From: Raja brachyura | Lineage: Eukaryota | Reading direction: 5' to 3' | DNA length: 64,000 nt | Assembly (NCBI GenBank): GCA_963514005.1 | Contig: OY740784.1 | Location: 100,254,001-100,318,000, forward strand | Shown here: piece by piece, positions 12,271 through 24,869 of the stretch | How the letters are laid out: each line of letters opens with the position of its first letter | Position numbering within the stretch: position 1 is the first letter of the stretch | Notes under the pieces: model-generated | Seen by the model: only the letters and a program-made list of their open reading frames with translations | Told to the model about the DNA's origin: nothing | Databases searched by the model: none | Position numbers and translations under genes: made by a program

Positions 12271-15200
12271 ATGACAACAAAAATAAGGCCCTCATTTGTT
12301 TTTGAGTTGGAATATAAAGGGAATTAATAATCCATTAAAGTGGAGCAGGTTCTTTGCTCATTTAAAATCTCTGAAATGTGATATTATTTTCCTTCAAGAA
12401 ACTTTCCTCCGATCAAGTGAACATGTGAAACTGAAAAAAGACTTGATAGGTTAAGTATTCTGCCCCAAAAATGAGTTTAGATCACGAGGCACAGCTATTT
12501 TAATCAGGAAGGGGGTTCCATTTATCCTATCATCGACCATCACCGACCCCAGGGGAAGGTATGTAGTTGTAACAGGCAATCTAAATGGCACACAGGTGGC
12601 TCTAGCCAATGTATATGGACCAAATTGGGACAACCCATCATTTTTCTCTAGCTTCATAACATCCCTCCCAAATCTCAATGACCACCAACTGATATTAGCG
12701 GGGGATTTTAATTGTGTATTATGTCCTTATTTGGACAGATCCAACCCGAGACCTAATAATAACGTTTCAAATTCTGGTCGCTGGTATCAATTCATTTATA
12801 GAATCCTATACTCTTTTTGACCCCTGGAGAAGAAATAACTCCAAAACAAAACAATATTCCTTTTTTTCCCCAGTACACCATTCTTACTCAAAAATGTATT
12901 TGTTTCTTGTAGATAGTAGGCCTTGTCAATTCTTCCCTTCCCTCCCGCTCCACCCCTTCCCCGGGCACTTTCCCTTGCAATCGCAAGAGATGCTACACTT
13001 GTCCCTTCACTTCCCCCATCCACTCCTTTCAGGGACCCAAGCAGTCCTTCCAAGTCCGACAGAGGTTCACCTGCACCTCCTCCAACCTCATCTACTGCAT
13101 CCGTTGCTCCAGCTGATCTACATCGGTGAGACCAAGCGGAGGCTGGGCGATCGTTTCGCCGAACACCTCCGCTCGGTCCGCAATAACCAACCCGACCTCC
13201 CGGTGGCTCAGCACTTCAACTCCCCCTCCCATTCCGTATCCGACCTTTTGGTCCTGGGCCTCCTCCACGGCCAGAGTGAGCAACACCGCAAGTTGGAGGA
13301 ACAGCACCTCATATTCCGCTTGGGGAGTCTGCATCCTCTGGGCTTAAACATTGAATTTTCTCAATTCTGTTAACCCAGGCTGCCTCCTCCCCCTCCCCAC
13401 CTCTCCCTCAGCCCTCGGGCCCTGGCATTCCTTCTCTCTCTATCTCCCCCCCCACCCAAGTCGCACTAGCTTCTCATTTTATCATCAATTCCTTTATCAT
13501 CAATACCTTTTTGCATATCTTTCATTCATTGTTCTTTATCTCTCCACATCACAGTCTATATCTCTCGTTTCCCTGATCCCTGACCAAGATCTCGACCCGA
13601 AACGTCGTATATCTCCTTCGCTCCTTAGATGCTGCTGCACCCGCTGAGTTTCTCCAGCTTTTTGTGTAACCCAGGGTCCTTTCCATGGTTAACGGGAGCC
13701 AGTATAACAGTATTGTTATTTCTGACCACAGCCCTGTGCAACTAGATATAGGCTTCCTAGACTGCCCGAGACCTCGATGCACTAGGCGGTTTGATCCTCT
13801 GTTGATAACCATGGAGTCCTTCAAAAGATTTATTTCTTCACAAATAGACACAAATTAATAATATTCTGGACATGCACTTAGCGACTATCTGGGAGGCTCT
13901 CAAAGCCTACCTTTGAGGCCAGATAATCTCATATACAGCATATGAGAGGAAGAAATATAAACAACATCTGATAGAACTGTCCCTCAGTATAGGGGAAATA
14001 GACCGCTTGTATGCCAATTCGCCCGAACTTTACAAGGAGAAATTATTATTTAAAACGGAATTTGACAATTTATCCACCAGACAAACAGATCAACTAATCT
14101 TCAAATCAAAGCAGTTTTTTTATGAACACGGAGAAAAGGCAGGAAAACGTTTAGCTCACCAGATCAGGCAGTCCACAGCCGCCAGTACTATTCCTGAAAT
14201 TTTAACATCGCCGGGGGTAAAGACTACTGATCCAGATGCCATCAATGACCAGTTTAAGCAGTTTTATTTTTCCCTCTATGCTTCAGAACCACCTAGTGAT
14301 CTGTCATGTATTCCTGCCTTCTTAGACAGCCTGTACATCCCAGAAATTACTACAGAGGACCAAGCACAAAATTGACAGGGAAATATCAACTGAAGAAATA
14401 TTACAAGCAATTAAAACGATGCAGAGCAACAAAGCTCCAGGACCAGATGGTTCCAGGATTGAAATATACAAAGAGTTTGCAATCAAAGTGGCTCCAACAC
14501 TTAAATTGTTTTATCAGGAAAATTTTAGCCAACCAAAACTACCTCAAACAATGTCACAGGCAACTATATCATTCCTACTTAAAAAAGATAAAGACCCACT
14601 ATAGTGTGGTTCATACCGCCCTGTACGCTTGTTGAATTGTGATTAAAAATCCTCACACAAATCTTAGCCTCCCGTCTTGAAACAGTAGTCTCCAAAGTTA
14701 TTAACCCTGACCAAACTGGATTTATACCGGGCAGGCAGCCATTCTATAACATGCGGCACCTACTTAACGTATTGTATACACCTCACACCACAGAACAATC
14801 GTAAGTAATTGTTTCTTTAGATGCCAAGAAGGCATTCAACCATGTCGAATGGCAATATTTGTTTACTGTTCTCAAAAGATTTGGCTTTGGTCCATCATTT
14901 TTATCATAGATGAAACTATTATATTTTGTGCCAATGGCAGCTGTGCGGACCAACAATATAATCTCTGACTACTTCCAGCTCCATAGGGGCTGCAGACAGG
15001 GCTGCAGCCTTTCTCCCTACTTATTTGATTTAGCAATAGAACCACTTGCTATAGCTCTTAGGACAGAAGATGGTATTAGAAGTATCTTTCGAAGTGGTAA
15101 ATCTTACAAAGTATTGCTGTACACGGACGACCTGCTGGTATATATATCCAACCCAACTGACTCCATACCAAAGCTACTGCATATCTTAGAGAATTTTGGC

Positions 15201-16793
15201 CGCCTGTCAGGTTATAAGATAAATTACTCAAAGAGCATGCTTTTCCCAATCAATCACACTGACGGTGACTGCTCCAGCTTCCCATTTTAACTGGAGAAAA
15301 ATGTATTTACTTACCTGGGAATTAAAGTCAGCCATACCATGGGAGGGTTACACAGCCATAACTTTAAATCATTATTAGAACAAACAAATCAGGACTTCAA
15401 AAAAATGGTCAACACTACCACTCTCATTAGTAGGCTGTATCAATATCGTTAAAATGACAGTTTTACCTAGATTACTTTATCTTTTTCAAATGATCCCCAT
15501 ATTCATACCCAGGCCAACTTTTCAGCAATTAGATAGACTAATCTCATCATTTATTTGGAACAATTCAAATCCCAGGATGAAGAAAATATACTTGGAAGTT
15601 CCTAAGAAGGCGGGTGGTCTAGGTTTGCCTAACTTTATCTATTACTACTGGGCTGCAAATATTGTAAAACTTTTACATTGGACATATTCATATGAGAGCA
15701 AACAGGTCACAGACTGGGCACAGGTGAAACTCTTACCTGACCCTCTACCGATAATCACCTGCTCACTACCTTATAATCGTTAAATACACATGTCAAACCC
15801 GGTGGTTAAAACCGCGCTTAAAATACGCTTAAAACAGTTCAGGAAACATTTTGGACTGAAAGGTACTAACAGGCTTTTCCCGGTGGCAAATAATCAATTT
15901 TTTACATCCTCCATGTTAGATACTGTGTTTTCATATTGGCATAGGAATGGACTGTTATATTTTTGTGACTTGTTTACTGATGGAACGTTCACTTCCTTTG
16001 AAACGCTTGCTGAAGACCACAATATGCCCAGATCTCATTTCTTCAGGTATCTTCAAATACGTAGCTTTGCTAAAACTGTGATTCCCTCATTTCCTCATCT
16101 GTCCACTAAGAGCCAATTAGACACTACTCTGGAGTTGGACCCCTTTGACAAGAAACGTGTTTCAGCAATTTACACATTAATACAGGAATTAAAACAGATA
16201 ATCTGGGACAAAACTAAAGTGGCATGGGAGAGGGACCTGGGTGTAGAGCTTTCTGATGAGGTGTGGCGAGAGAGCTTAATTTGTATACACACCCCTTCGT
16301 TGTGTAAACGCCATGGGTTGATCCAATTTAAAGTGCTTCACCGTCTTCATTATTCAAGAGACAAACTTGCCAGAATCTTTTCTACCACATATCCTGGCTG
16401 CCCTAGATGTGGCCATAGCCCAGCCTCTGTAGGTCACATGTTTTGGACATGTCCACCTCTCAACAGCTACTGGGGAAACATATTTGAGGTATTCACCCAT
16501 ATCTGCAGACAGACTATAAATCCTGACTTGCACACAGCTATCTTTGGAATACCACCTCCAAACTGTAAGCTTACAAATTTACAAGCAAATGCTTTAGCAT
16601 TTGCATCATTGCTTGCTCGCAGGCTATCTTTTCAACTGGAAGTCAAAAAAAGCTCCATCTTTTTTTGCAGTGGTTAAAGGAGGTGCTCTCCTATTTACCC
16701 TTAGAAAAGATCAGGTATAAATGGTGCAAGGCCCGCAGAAACTTTGCTCTGATCTGGAACCCTTTTATAGATTTTATTCAAGATTTTTCCTAA
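12271..16793 (+). pseudogene. L1 ORF2p (APE endonuclease, RT, C-terminal Cys/His knuckle), disrupted
   Basis: SWNIKG, LANVYGPN, ILAGDFN, ISDHSPV, KAPGPDG, RGCRQGCSLSPYLF, LYTDD, CPRCGHSPASVGHMFWTCP. Confidence 0.92.
12921..13672 (+). mobile_element. 5'-truncated Penelope-like element (GIY-YIG endonuclease + 3' repeat) inserted in the L1 APE domain
   Basis: [18 protein letters not shown]...HFN...[14 protein letters not shown]; ends TTTTTGTGTAACCC; L1 reading ...LVDSR|VLSMVN... resumes after it; possible AGG TSD. Confidence 0.9.
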
Positions 16794-16905
16794 ACCTGAA
16801 AATATTGTCTACACAGTCGTAATCATTTATTTATATTTGTATGTTGCTGTTGTTAGCATGTAACATTTTAACACAAGACTGTCCCATTTTTGTATTTTTA
16901 TCTTT

Positions 16906-16941
16906 TTATTATTGTTATTATTATTATTATTATTATTATTA
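16906..16941 (+). repeat. (TTA)n microsatellite in the L1 3' UTR
   Basis: ttattattgttattattattattattattattatta. Confidence 0.9.
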
Positions 16942-18591
16942 GGTTTTTTTTCTCTTTCTATTTTTTGAACCTTGGGGATGGGGAGTGGGGGTGTATACGT
17001 TTTGTACTGTTCTGTACTGTTTGTTGGTGTTCTGTGTACATTTGTGTTTATCACTTGAAAACCAAAATAAAGTTATATAAAAAAAGAGGGGGAGAGAGGG
17101 GGGGGGAGATGAGGAGGGAGAGCGGGGGGTTGGGGGGGGGGGGTGTGAAGGGGGAGAAAGGAGTGGAGACAACTTTTTTAAGAAGCCAGAGATACACAGC
17201 TGTGAAGTCCACGGACATTTAACATTACCGGTCGGTTATCCTTGGTTCTGAAAACTCCTGCTTATGTATTTCTTCCCCCAATGAGCCAATGAAAATGACT
17301 GGACAGCAAAGGTGATTAACTAAAACTACCTACGACTGCCCATATCTACATGGCGACGCCACTACAACTGCACCTATGACCACAGGATTAGCGATTATCT
17401 CCATGGTGACCAAATTTTGTTGAAAATTTTGCAGCATCCATACTGAGGCCGCGACTAGTTTGTAGAATGCGGAAACTCCTCACGACCATGAAGGAGACTC
17501 ACCTGAGACCACCAGCGAACATGTGGCGAGTGCAGAGTCTCCTGCACTTGCCTAAAAAGTCACCTAATTGGGACAGGCCCATTAGTGTGCATCCCTGCTT
17601 CCTTTCCCAGACCAACTTTGCAAGCACAATCCAAAAAAGATGAACAATCATCTCATCCTCAATGTAGCTGCCTTGTGGGCAGCGTATGCTGGGAGTGGGT
17701 CGCCAACTGTTTCTTTGACAATCAAGCCAAGTCTTTATGCTTGTTGGTAAGTTATGATGAAGATATGTTCTGCCAAATGGTTTTGACATTCTGCTTGGGA
17801 AATTGAAGATGGGAGTTCAATGCTCCTCGTCTCCTGGCTTCAATCACGCAGGCTTGAAATCACATTCATGATCTTGTAATGCTTTAATCGATCATGCAAC
17901 CTGATTTATATTCTTATCCGTACCTGGGCACACTCTAAGGATGTGTAGCCTCCACCTAACCTCTGCCCCACTGCCCCATCTCTGAAGAGTTCCCCCACCA
18001 GATTCCCTCCACCTATTTCTTACGATTGCTGTGTGAATTGTCCTGTGATTGGAATCCTACAGAGACATGGCTGCAGGAGGTTCGGGCATGGGAACTTAAT
18101 ATTCAGGGTTATACATCCTACGAAAGGACAGGCAGGTGGGCAGAGGATGGGGGGGGGGGGGGGGGCGGGTAGCTCTGCAGGCGAGGGATGGAATTCAGAC
18201 CCTTGCGAGGGAAGACATAGGGACTGATGAGGTAGAGGCACTGTGGATTGAGTTGAGCAATTGCAAAGGCAAGAAGACACTAATTGGTGTTATCTACAGA
18301 CCCCCAAATAGTAGCCTGGATGTAGGGTGTAAGTTGCAGCAGGAGTTAAAACTGGCATGTAACAAAGGTAATGCCACTGTAGTGATGGGGGATTTCAATA
18401 TGCAGGTAGACTGGGAAAATCAGGTTGGTTCAGGTCCACAAGAAAGAGAATTTGTAGAGTCCCTCCGAGAAGGATTCTTAGAGCAGCTTGTAATGGAGCC
18501 GACCAGGGAAAAGGCAATTCTGGATTTAGTGTTGTCTAATGAACCAGATTTGATAAGAGAACTAGAGGGGAAGGAACCGCTTGGAGGTAGT

Positions 18592-18723
18592 CATCTTTCG
18601 TGTGGCGTGCACAGCCTAAAGTTGTAGGACAACTTGTTGTATTTGATCTTCCATTTGTGCATGTTGAGTTGATTACATTAGTCAAAACAGGGCGGACCAC
18701 GTGATGATGCAATCGTCCACCCC
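18592..18723 (-). mobile_element. 132-nt non-autonomous retroposon headed by an HDV/CPEB3-like ribozyme
   Basis: Flanked by an 11-bp TSD, TTGGAGG(T/C)AGT (18581-18591 and 18724-18734); interrupts the CR1 motif PLGGS|DDNM. Confidence 0.85.
18671..18723 (-). ncRNA. Putative HDV-like (CPEB3-type) self-cleaving ribozyme, minimal form lacking P4
   Basis: GGGGUGG-AC-GAUUGC-AUC-AUCACGU-GGU-CCGCCCU-GU-UUUGA-CUAAU-GUAAUC: P1 7 bp with G1-U wobble, P2 6 bp, P3 3 bp, L3 one change from UUCACGU, J4/2 CUAA. Confidence 0.75.
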
Positions 18724-20751
18724 TTGGAGGCAGTGATGATAATATGATAAGTTTTAATCTGCAATTTGAGAAGGAGAAGGTTAAATCGGAAGTGTCAGTG
18801 ATGCAGTTGAACAAAGGGGACTATGAATGCATGATGAAGAGCTGGACAAGGTAGATTAGAAAGGGATCCTAGCAGGAATGACGGTGGAACAGCAATGGCA
18901 GGAATTTCTGGGCATAATCCGGAAGACGCAGGATCATTTCATTCCCAAAAGGAAGAAACATTCTAAGGGGAGTAGGAGTCAACTGTGGCTGATGAGAAGT
19001 TAGGGATAGAATAAAACTAAAAGAAAAGATGTATAACACAGCAAAGAGTAGCCGGAACCCAGAGGATTGGGAAACTGTCATAGGACAACAGAAGGAAACA
19101 AAACGGGCAATACGGGCTGAAAAGATGAAGTATGAGGGGAAGCTGGCCAGGAATATAAAGAAGGACAGAAAAAGCTTCTTTAGATATGTTAAGGGAAAAA
19201 GAATAGCAAAGCCAAATGTGGGTCCCTTGAAGGCAGACACGGGTGAAATTATTATGGAGAGCAAGGAAATGGCAGAAGAGTTGAACAGGTACTTCGGATC
19301 TGTCTTCACTGATGAAGACACAAACAATCTCCCAGATGTACTGGAGGACAGATGATCTAAGTGGGTAGTGGAACTTAAAGACATTTTCATTAGGCGAGAA
19401 ATAGTATTGGGTAGGTTAATGGGCCTTAAGGATGATAAATCTACTGGGCCTGATGGTCTGCATCCCAGGGTCCTCAGGGAGGTGGCTCTAGAAATAGTGG
19501 ATGCATTGGTGATCAATTTCCAATGTTCAATAGATTCAGGATCAGTTCCTGTGGATTGGAGGATGGCTAATGTTATCCCACTTTTCAAGAAAGGAGAGAG
19601 AAAACGAGGAATTACAGACCAGTTAGTCTGACTTTGGTGGTGGGAAAGATGCTGGAGTCAATTATTAAAGAGGTCATAATGGGGCATTTATATAACAGTA
19701 AAAGGATTAGTCCAAGTCAGCATGGATTTATGAAAGGGAAATCATGCTTGACTAATCTTATGACTTTTTTTTAGGATATGACAAGTAAAATGGAGCCAGT
19801 GGATGTAGTGTATCTCGACTTTCAGAAAGCCTTTGATAAGGTCCCACACGGGAGACTGGTGACTAAAATTAGAGCACATGGTATGGTGTTGACATGGATA
19901 GAAAATTGGTTGGCAGACAGGAAGCAAAGAGTACGAGTGAATGGGTCCTTTTCAGAATGGCAGGAAGTGGCGAGTGGAGCGCCGCAAGGCTCGATGTTGG
20001 GGCCGCAACTGCTTACCATATATATTAATGAGTTGGAAGAGCACCTTAGGAGCAACACTAGCAAGTTTGCGGATGACACAAAGCTGGGTGGCAGTGTGAA
20101 CTGTGAAGAGGATGTTACGAGGTTGCACGGTGATGTGGACAGGTTGAGTGAGTGGGCAGATGTGTTGCAGATGCAGTTTAATATAGATAAATGTGAGGTT
20201 ATCCACTTTGATGGCAAAGACAAGGGGGCAGATCATTATCTCAATGGGGTTAGGTAAGGTAAAGGTGAGGTACAGTGAGACCTGTGTGTCCTTGTACACC
20301 AGTCACTGAAAGTTGGTGTGCAGTAACAGCAGGCAGTGAAGAATGCTAATGGAATGGTGGCCTTCATAACAAGTGGATTTCAGTATAGGAGAAAAGAGGT
20401 TCTTCTGCAGTTGTATAGGGCTCTGGTGAGACCACATCTGGAGTATTGTGTACAGTTTTGGTCTCCTAATTTGAGGAAGGACATCCTTGTGATTGAGGCA
20501 GTGCAGCGTAGGTGCACGAGATTGATCCCTGGGATGGCGGGACTGTCATATGAGGAAAGATTGAAAAGACTACGCTAGTATTCACTGGAGTTTAGAAGGA
20601 TGAGAGGGGATCTTATAGGAACATATAAATTTATAAAAGGACTGGACAAATAGATGCAGGAAAGATGTTCCCAATGTTGTGTGAGTTCAGAACCAGGGGC
20701 CACAGTCTTAGAATAAAGGGGAGACCATTTAAGACTGAGGTGATAAAAAGC

Positions 20752-21950
20752 TTTTTCTTTTTTTTTAAAATGTATTTATTAGAAGTACATTACATTTCAA
20801 TGGTGCCTTTTTACACGTTCCCAAAATTATTAAAACATTTTTGTACAACTTCTTTTTTTTTTAGAAAGAAATGAGAATGAAAGATGTAGTGAAGAGTAAA
20901 GAATAGTCTAGTGAGTGTAGTGTAAAGAAAGAAATAAGTGAGAAAGTGAAGCAGAATAAGTGAGAATGTGAAGTGAGATTCTCACACGCCACAAGTCGAT
21001 ATTTTTTTAATGTTCTTAATCATTTTTCACTCAAACCCAGAATTTTTAATTTTACGATGCCATTACACCCCATGAATCCACAAGATCAATAAATGGAGGC
21101 CAACTCGTTAAGAATTTGTCTTTTGTTTCTATTAGGAGGAGTCTCATTTCTTCCGAATGGGCCGTTTCCAACATATTACCAATCCATATTTTGAGTGTTG
21201 CTATAGTAGCCTTTTTCCAGAATTTGAGTATGAGTTTTTTCGCTATTATTAAACCATAATTAAAAAATGAGATTTGTTTCCATCTCCTAATACTCCAAAG
21301 ATAATAATTTCCATGCTAGGTTCCATTTTTATCTTAAACTAGTGAATATATCAAATATATCACACCAAAATCTTTGAAGTTTTGTGCAAGTAAGGAAAGA
21401 ATGTGTGAAGTTGGCATTTTGAGAAAGGCATTTATCACAGATGGGAGAGATTTTTGAATAAAATTTATTCAACCTAACTTTTGAATAATATAATCTGTGT
21501 AATATTTTAAATTGAATTCAATTATGTCTAGTGTTAATCGAACATTTATGTTTATATATCAAATACCTCTCCCACGTTTCTTTAGAAATTTTTATCATTA
21601 AATCTTTTTCCCACTCTTCTCTAATTGCCTCTGTCAATGGCAATTCTCTATTAAGAAAACTGTTATATAGATATGATATTAATTTTTGTGAGTCCACCTT
21701 AATACCCATTGCTTCTTCCAGTGGGTCTATCGTTATATTCTGTAATCTTGGTATATATTTTTTTATAAAGTCACATATCGGTAAATATTTGAAGTATTGG
21801 TTATTATTCAGATTAAATTTTGATTTTAATTGGTGAAATGATAATAAATTTCCCATTTCATACATGTCACCCAACTTTTTAATTCCCAATCTTTCCCATT
21901 GTCTATATGTTTTATCCATAAAAGATGGTTTAAATACCTGATTATTCACT
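20752..21950 (-). mobile_element. 5'-truncated L1 3' end inserted in a T-run of the CR1
   Basis: Minus strand encodes NNQVFKPSFMDKTYRQWERLGIKKLGD...FKYL..CDF...WEKDL...CSINTRH; AATAAA and poly(A) at the left end; CR1 resumes at TTTTTCACCCAGAGAGTTGTG. Confidence 0.88.
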
Positions 21951-22519
21951 ATTTTTTTCACCCAGAGAGTTGTGAATTTGTGGAATTCCCTGCCACAGAG
22001 GGCAATGGAGGCCAAATCACTGGATGGATTTAAGAGAGAGTTAGATGGAACTCTAGGGGCTAGTGGAATCAAGGGGATATGGGGAGAAGGCAGGCATGGG
22101 TTATTGATTAGGGACGATCAGCCATGATCACATTGAATGGCGGTGCTTGCTCAAAGAGCCAAATGGCCTCCTCCTGCACCTATTTTCTGTGTTTCTATGT
22201 TTTCAACTAATTTACCCATTGTGAAGCCATTCTCTGAGGTGGTATTATGAGGGCCCAGGCACACTGCGGTCATTACCCTCATTGTCATAATCCCCATCCT
22301 TTCCCTCCATGCTCAACACATATTGACATTGAGGATATATATATAATCTAGTATGATACCTTGCAATGATCAAAGTGAAAATATTTCTATTTTGTGGAAC
22401 TGCAGGAGGACTGATAAAAAAGGGGCTCCTTCCATTCCACTGGCAATTTTCTTAGTCCTTGCTGTTTTTTCCAAAACAAAGCGATGAATAACATTAAGTA
22501 ACGTCTTCATAATCGTCCC

Positions 22520-24160
22520 TTCACACGTTAAGAGGAAGAGCTAAAATATCTATGGTAGGTCGAGCGTGGGGTAGGAATAGGAAAGGGAGGACTGTGTGGT
22601 TTGTAACAACATGTGTGTGTGCAGATATTAGCGATGACACAAAACTTACCTTCAGCGGCGCTGCAGATCTGCCACGGGCCATGTGTGCAATTTTGGCGCC
22701 TTTGAGGGGAGGGGCGGGATTAAAATGCAGGTTTGTATCGCTTGTCGGAGAGGGATTTCCTCGCGCTGCTAGTCGATCAAGAAAAATCGATCGGACTTCC
22801 ATTCCCGGTTTTATTTTATTAAAAAATCACTGGACTATTTAATAGTTGGATTAAAGAAAAATGCGACTTTGAACGCCCTGAACACCTACAACGTGGGATC
22901 ATAATATCAGAACAAAACAAAAGGTGAGTCATTTATTTCTCATATAATATTGCTTCTTCTGGTGGCTTTAGCCTAATTTTACGAAGCGAAAATGTTATTT
23001 GGGCCCCATACGAACCGGCAGTGTCTTTGCCTGCCGATATGGGGTTAAAATTCACGGCAACGGTAATGTTCCAAACAATCGCATTCCAGAAACACCCACT
23101 TGCAAGATGATTTAAATCCTTTTTTTTGGACAATCATGTCATAAATTGTCTTTATTTTGTGTAATTGTCTATCCATAGACAATATTTTTATACTAAATAT
23201 GCACAACAGTTTTAGCCACGTGTATTGTGCAAAAAATAATCATTGTAATATTGATTATATTGAGAGTGGATGTTTCTAGATTAATTTATGGGAATTAAAC
23301 ATTAAATTCCTTCCATCTGGCAAATAATTTCATGACAGTGAGATTTAAAAATCATGTTATATTTTGAATCCTTGTGTGAATGGGTTTGTTATTTGCATAC
23401 TTAGGCTATTAAAAAAATCCTTTTCTTAAGAAATGGATAGATGTTTAGATGTAGTAATTGAATTTAGATGAATTGATAAATTGATTTGATGAAACTGATA
23501 AATATGAATTTTTTGTTGGGTATTTACTTTTTGTTTTAGCGTTTAACTTCATCATTTCTACCTTTTTTGTAAAACTGCAAATAATAACTGATTATAATAT
23601 GCCAATGTACCAGCTAGCAACTGATCTTCTCCATAAAGACTTGGTCTATTACTCAAAATTGTAATGTATTTACCTATCTGTTACGGACTTCCAGCATATA
23701 ATACAATAATATTAAAGTTCTGATCTTAAGAATATCACATTTTTTGAATTTTCAGGGCAGTCTGGGTGTTTATTACTATTCCCTTACAATGATCAATTTT
23801 GTAATTAGCTCCAGTTAGGTAACTAACTAATTATATGCTTTAATTTTAGGTCACGCAAGTAAGATATTTGTTTCAGAATGGTTCAATCTATAATAACTGA
23901 AAATTGCATTCAGTTAGGGTAATTTTTAAGAAAATTACGGGCTTTTGACTGTCCTTGATAACAGCTTTTGTGTTAAGTCAATGGAAAAGCAATAGGGAAC
24001 AAGATGCTAATTTATGAGTACGAAATTGGCCATAACTTGTTTAATACTGAAGATATAAAAGTGATTTCGGTATCAAATTAAACTTATTTTTATGCTTTAT
24101 CTGATGGGATAAATTACAGACTAGATGTTTTAAATCTCAAAATTTTGTAACATTGCTACA
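22520..24160. mobile_element. Unclassified interspersed repeat, probably a non-autonomous DNA transposon
   Basis: CpG-rich left part and AT-rich right part with GGCCATAACTT/AAATTTTG motifs typical of DNA-transposon subtermini; ends not resolved. Confidence 0.35.
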
Positions 24161-24869
24161 GATATGTGTTTCTTGGTGCATGTCGGTGAGTTCCTTTGAG
24201 GAGACACTTTGCCAAATTTGTTTGTCAGTCTGCTTTCCCCTTCTCTCTCACGAGTGTGTCAGAAAGAAGGAGGGAGATTGAAGGAGCTATGTTTAAATTG
24301 TTACAGAGTTCACCTTCACATATCTCAGATCATCATAACATTTATGTCAGCATCCCTCAGTTCTACATCAATTCTCATTGCAGGCAGCCACCTCCTGCCA
24401 GGATTATCTGATGGCTGCTCTTTTGTGCCTCCGCTCTGTCTCTTGGTCTACTCCCCTGGCCTCTATCTCCCACACCAAGACTTCAATATCACAATGTGTC
24501 AGTCCACTAGCTCTCTCCCTTTCCCCTGTCGTCTCTCCCTCGACCATGACAGTTATCATTTGTTCTGTGGCTCTGTCAAAGTCAAATTGTATCCTTGAAA
24601 GTATAGGTTGCTTTCCACAGTCCCAAAATCCATGAACTACTTTGTAAATGATTGACTCTTGGACAAATTACCTCTCCAGAACAGTGGCGTGGCTGTTTGC
24701 CTGCACAAAAAATATGAAACATTGAATTAGTTTACAAATACTAAAGAAGACGTCTCTTTCCTAGTGAAACGTCAAACATTTATTTAATCTATATTCAAGA
24801 AAGGAGATAAGGCACAGAGAAATGGATAATAACGTGTATTTATGCAGCTCCATGAACATTATGTACAAA

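Larger units (their letters stand above)
10652..17085 (+). mobile_element. Full-length L1-clade LINE (inactivated)
   Basis: GGGGGCGC start, 5' UTR, ORF1, ~600-bp spacer, ORF2 (APE-RT-CCHC), 3' UTR with AATAAA at 17066 and short poly(A); imperfect purine-rich TSD. Confidence 0.92.
10362..17581. mobile_element. PIF/Harbinger-type MITE split by a full-length L1 insertion
   Basis: Left TIR TGGGCCTGTCCCACTAGG at 10362; right TIR CCTAATTGGGACAGGCCCA ending 17581; TTA TSD on both sides; arms at 10362-10651 and 17086-17581. Confidence 0.85.
18030..22200 (+). mobile_element. CR1 LINE, nearly complete ORF2 (APE + RT) and 3' UTR, carrying two nested insertions
   Basis: GVIYRPPN, VMGDFN, ILDLVL, YLDFQKAFDKVPH, PQGSMLGP, SKFADDTKL, LVRPHLEYCVQFWSP; 3' tail TTTCTATGTTT. 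Confidence 0.93.

Noticed and set aside
12714-13373. 219-aa APE/GIY-YIG hybrid nuclease ORF
   Set aside because: It is an artefact of Penelope insertion into a broken L1 ORF2; both parents are frameshifted.
13660-13672. Penelope copies ending in TAACCC (also 44517 and 60752) as telomere-repeat capture
   Set aside because: It is a single hexamer forming the family terminus, with no tandem telomeric repeats.
21518-22072. 184-aa minus-strand ORF
   Set aside because: It is antisense CR1 sequence joined to a truncated L1 ORF2 at the insertion junction.
23465-23797. Possible L1 endonuclease remnant inside the unclassified repeat
   Set aside because: The resemblance is faint and frameshifted, and I cannot support it without an alignment.
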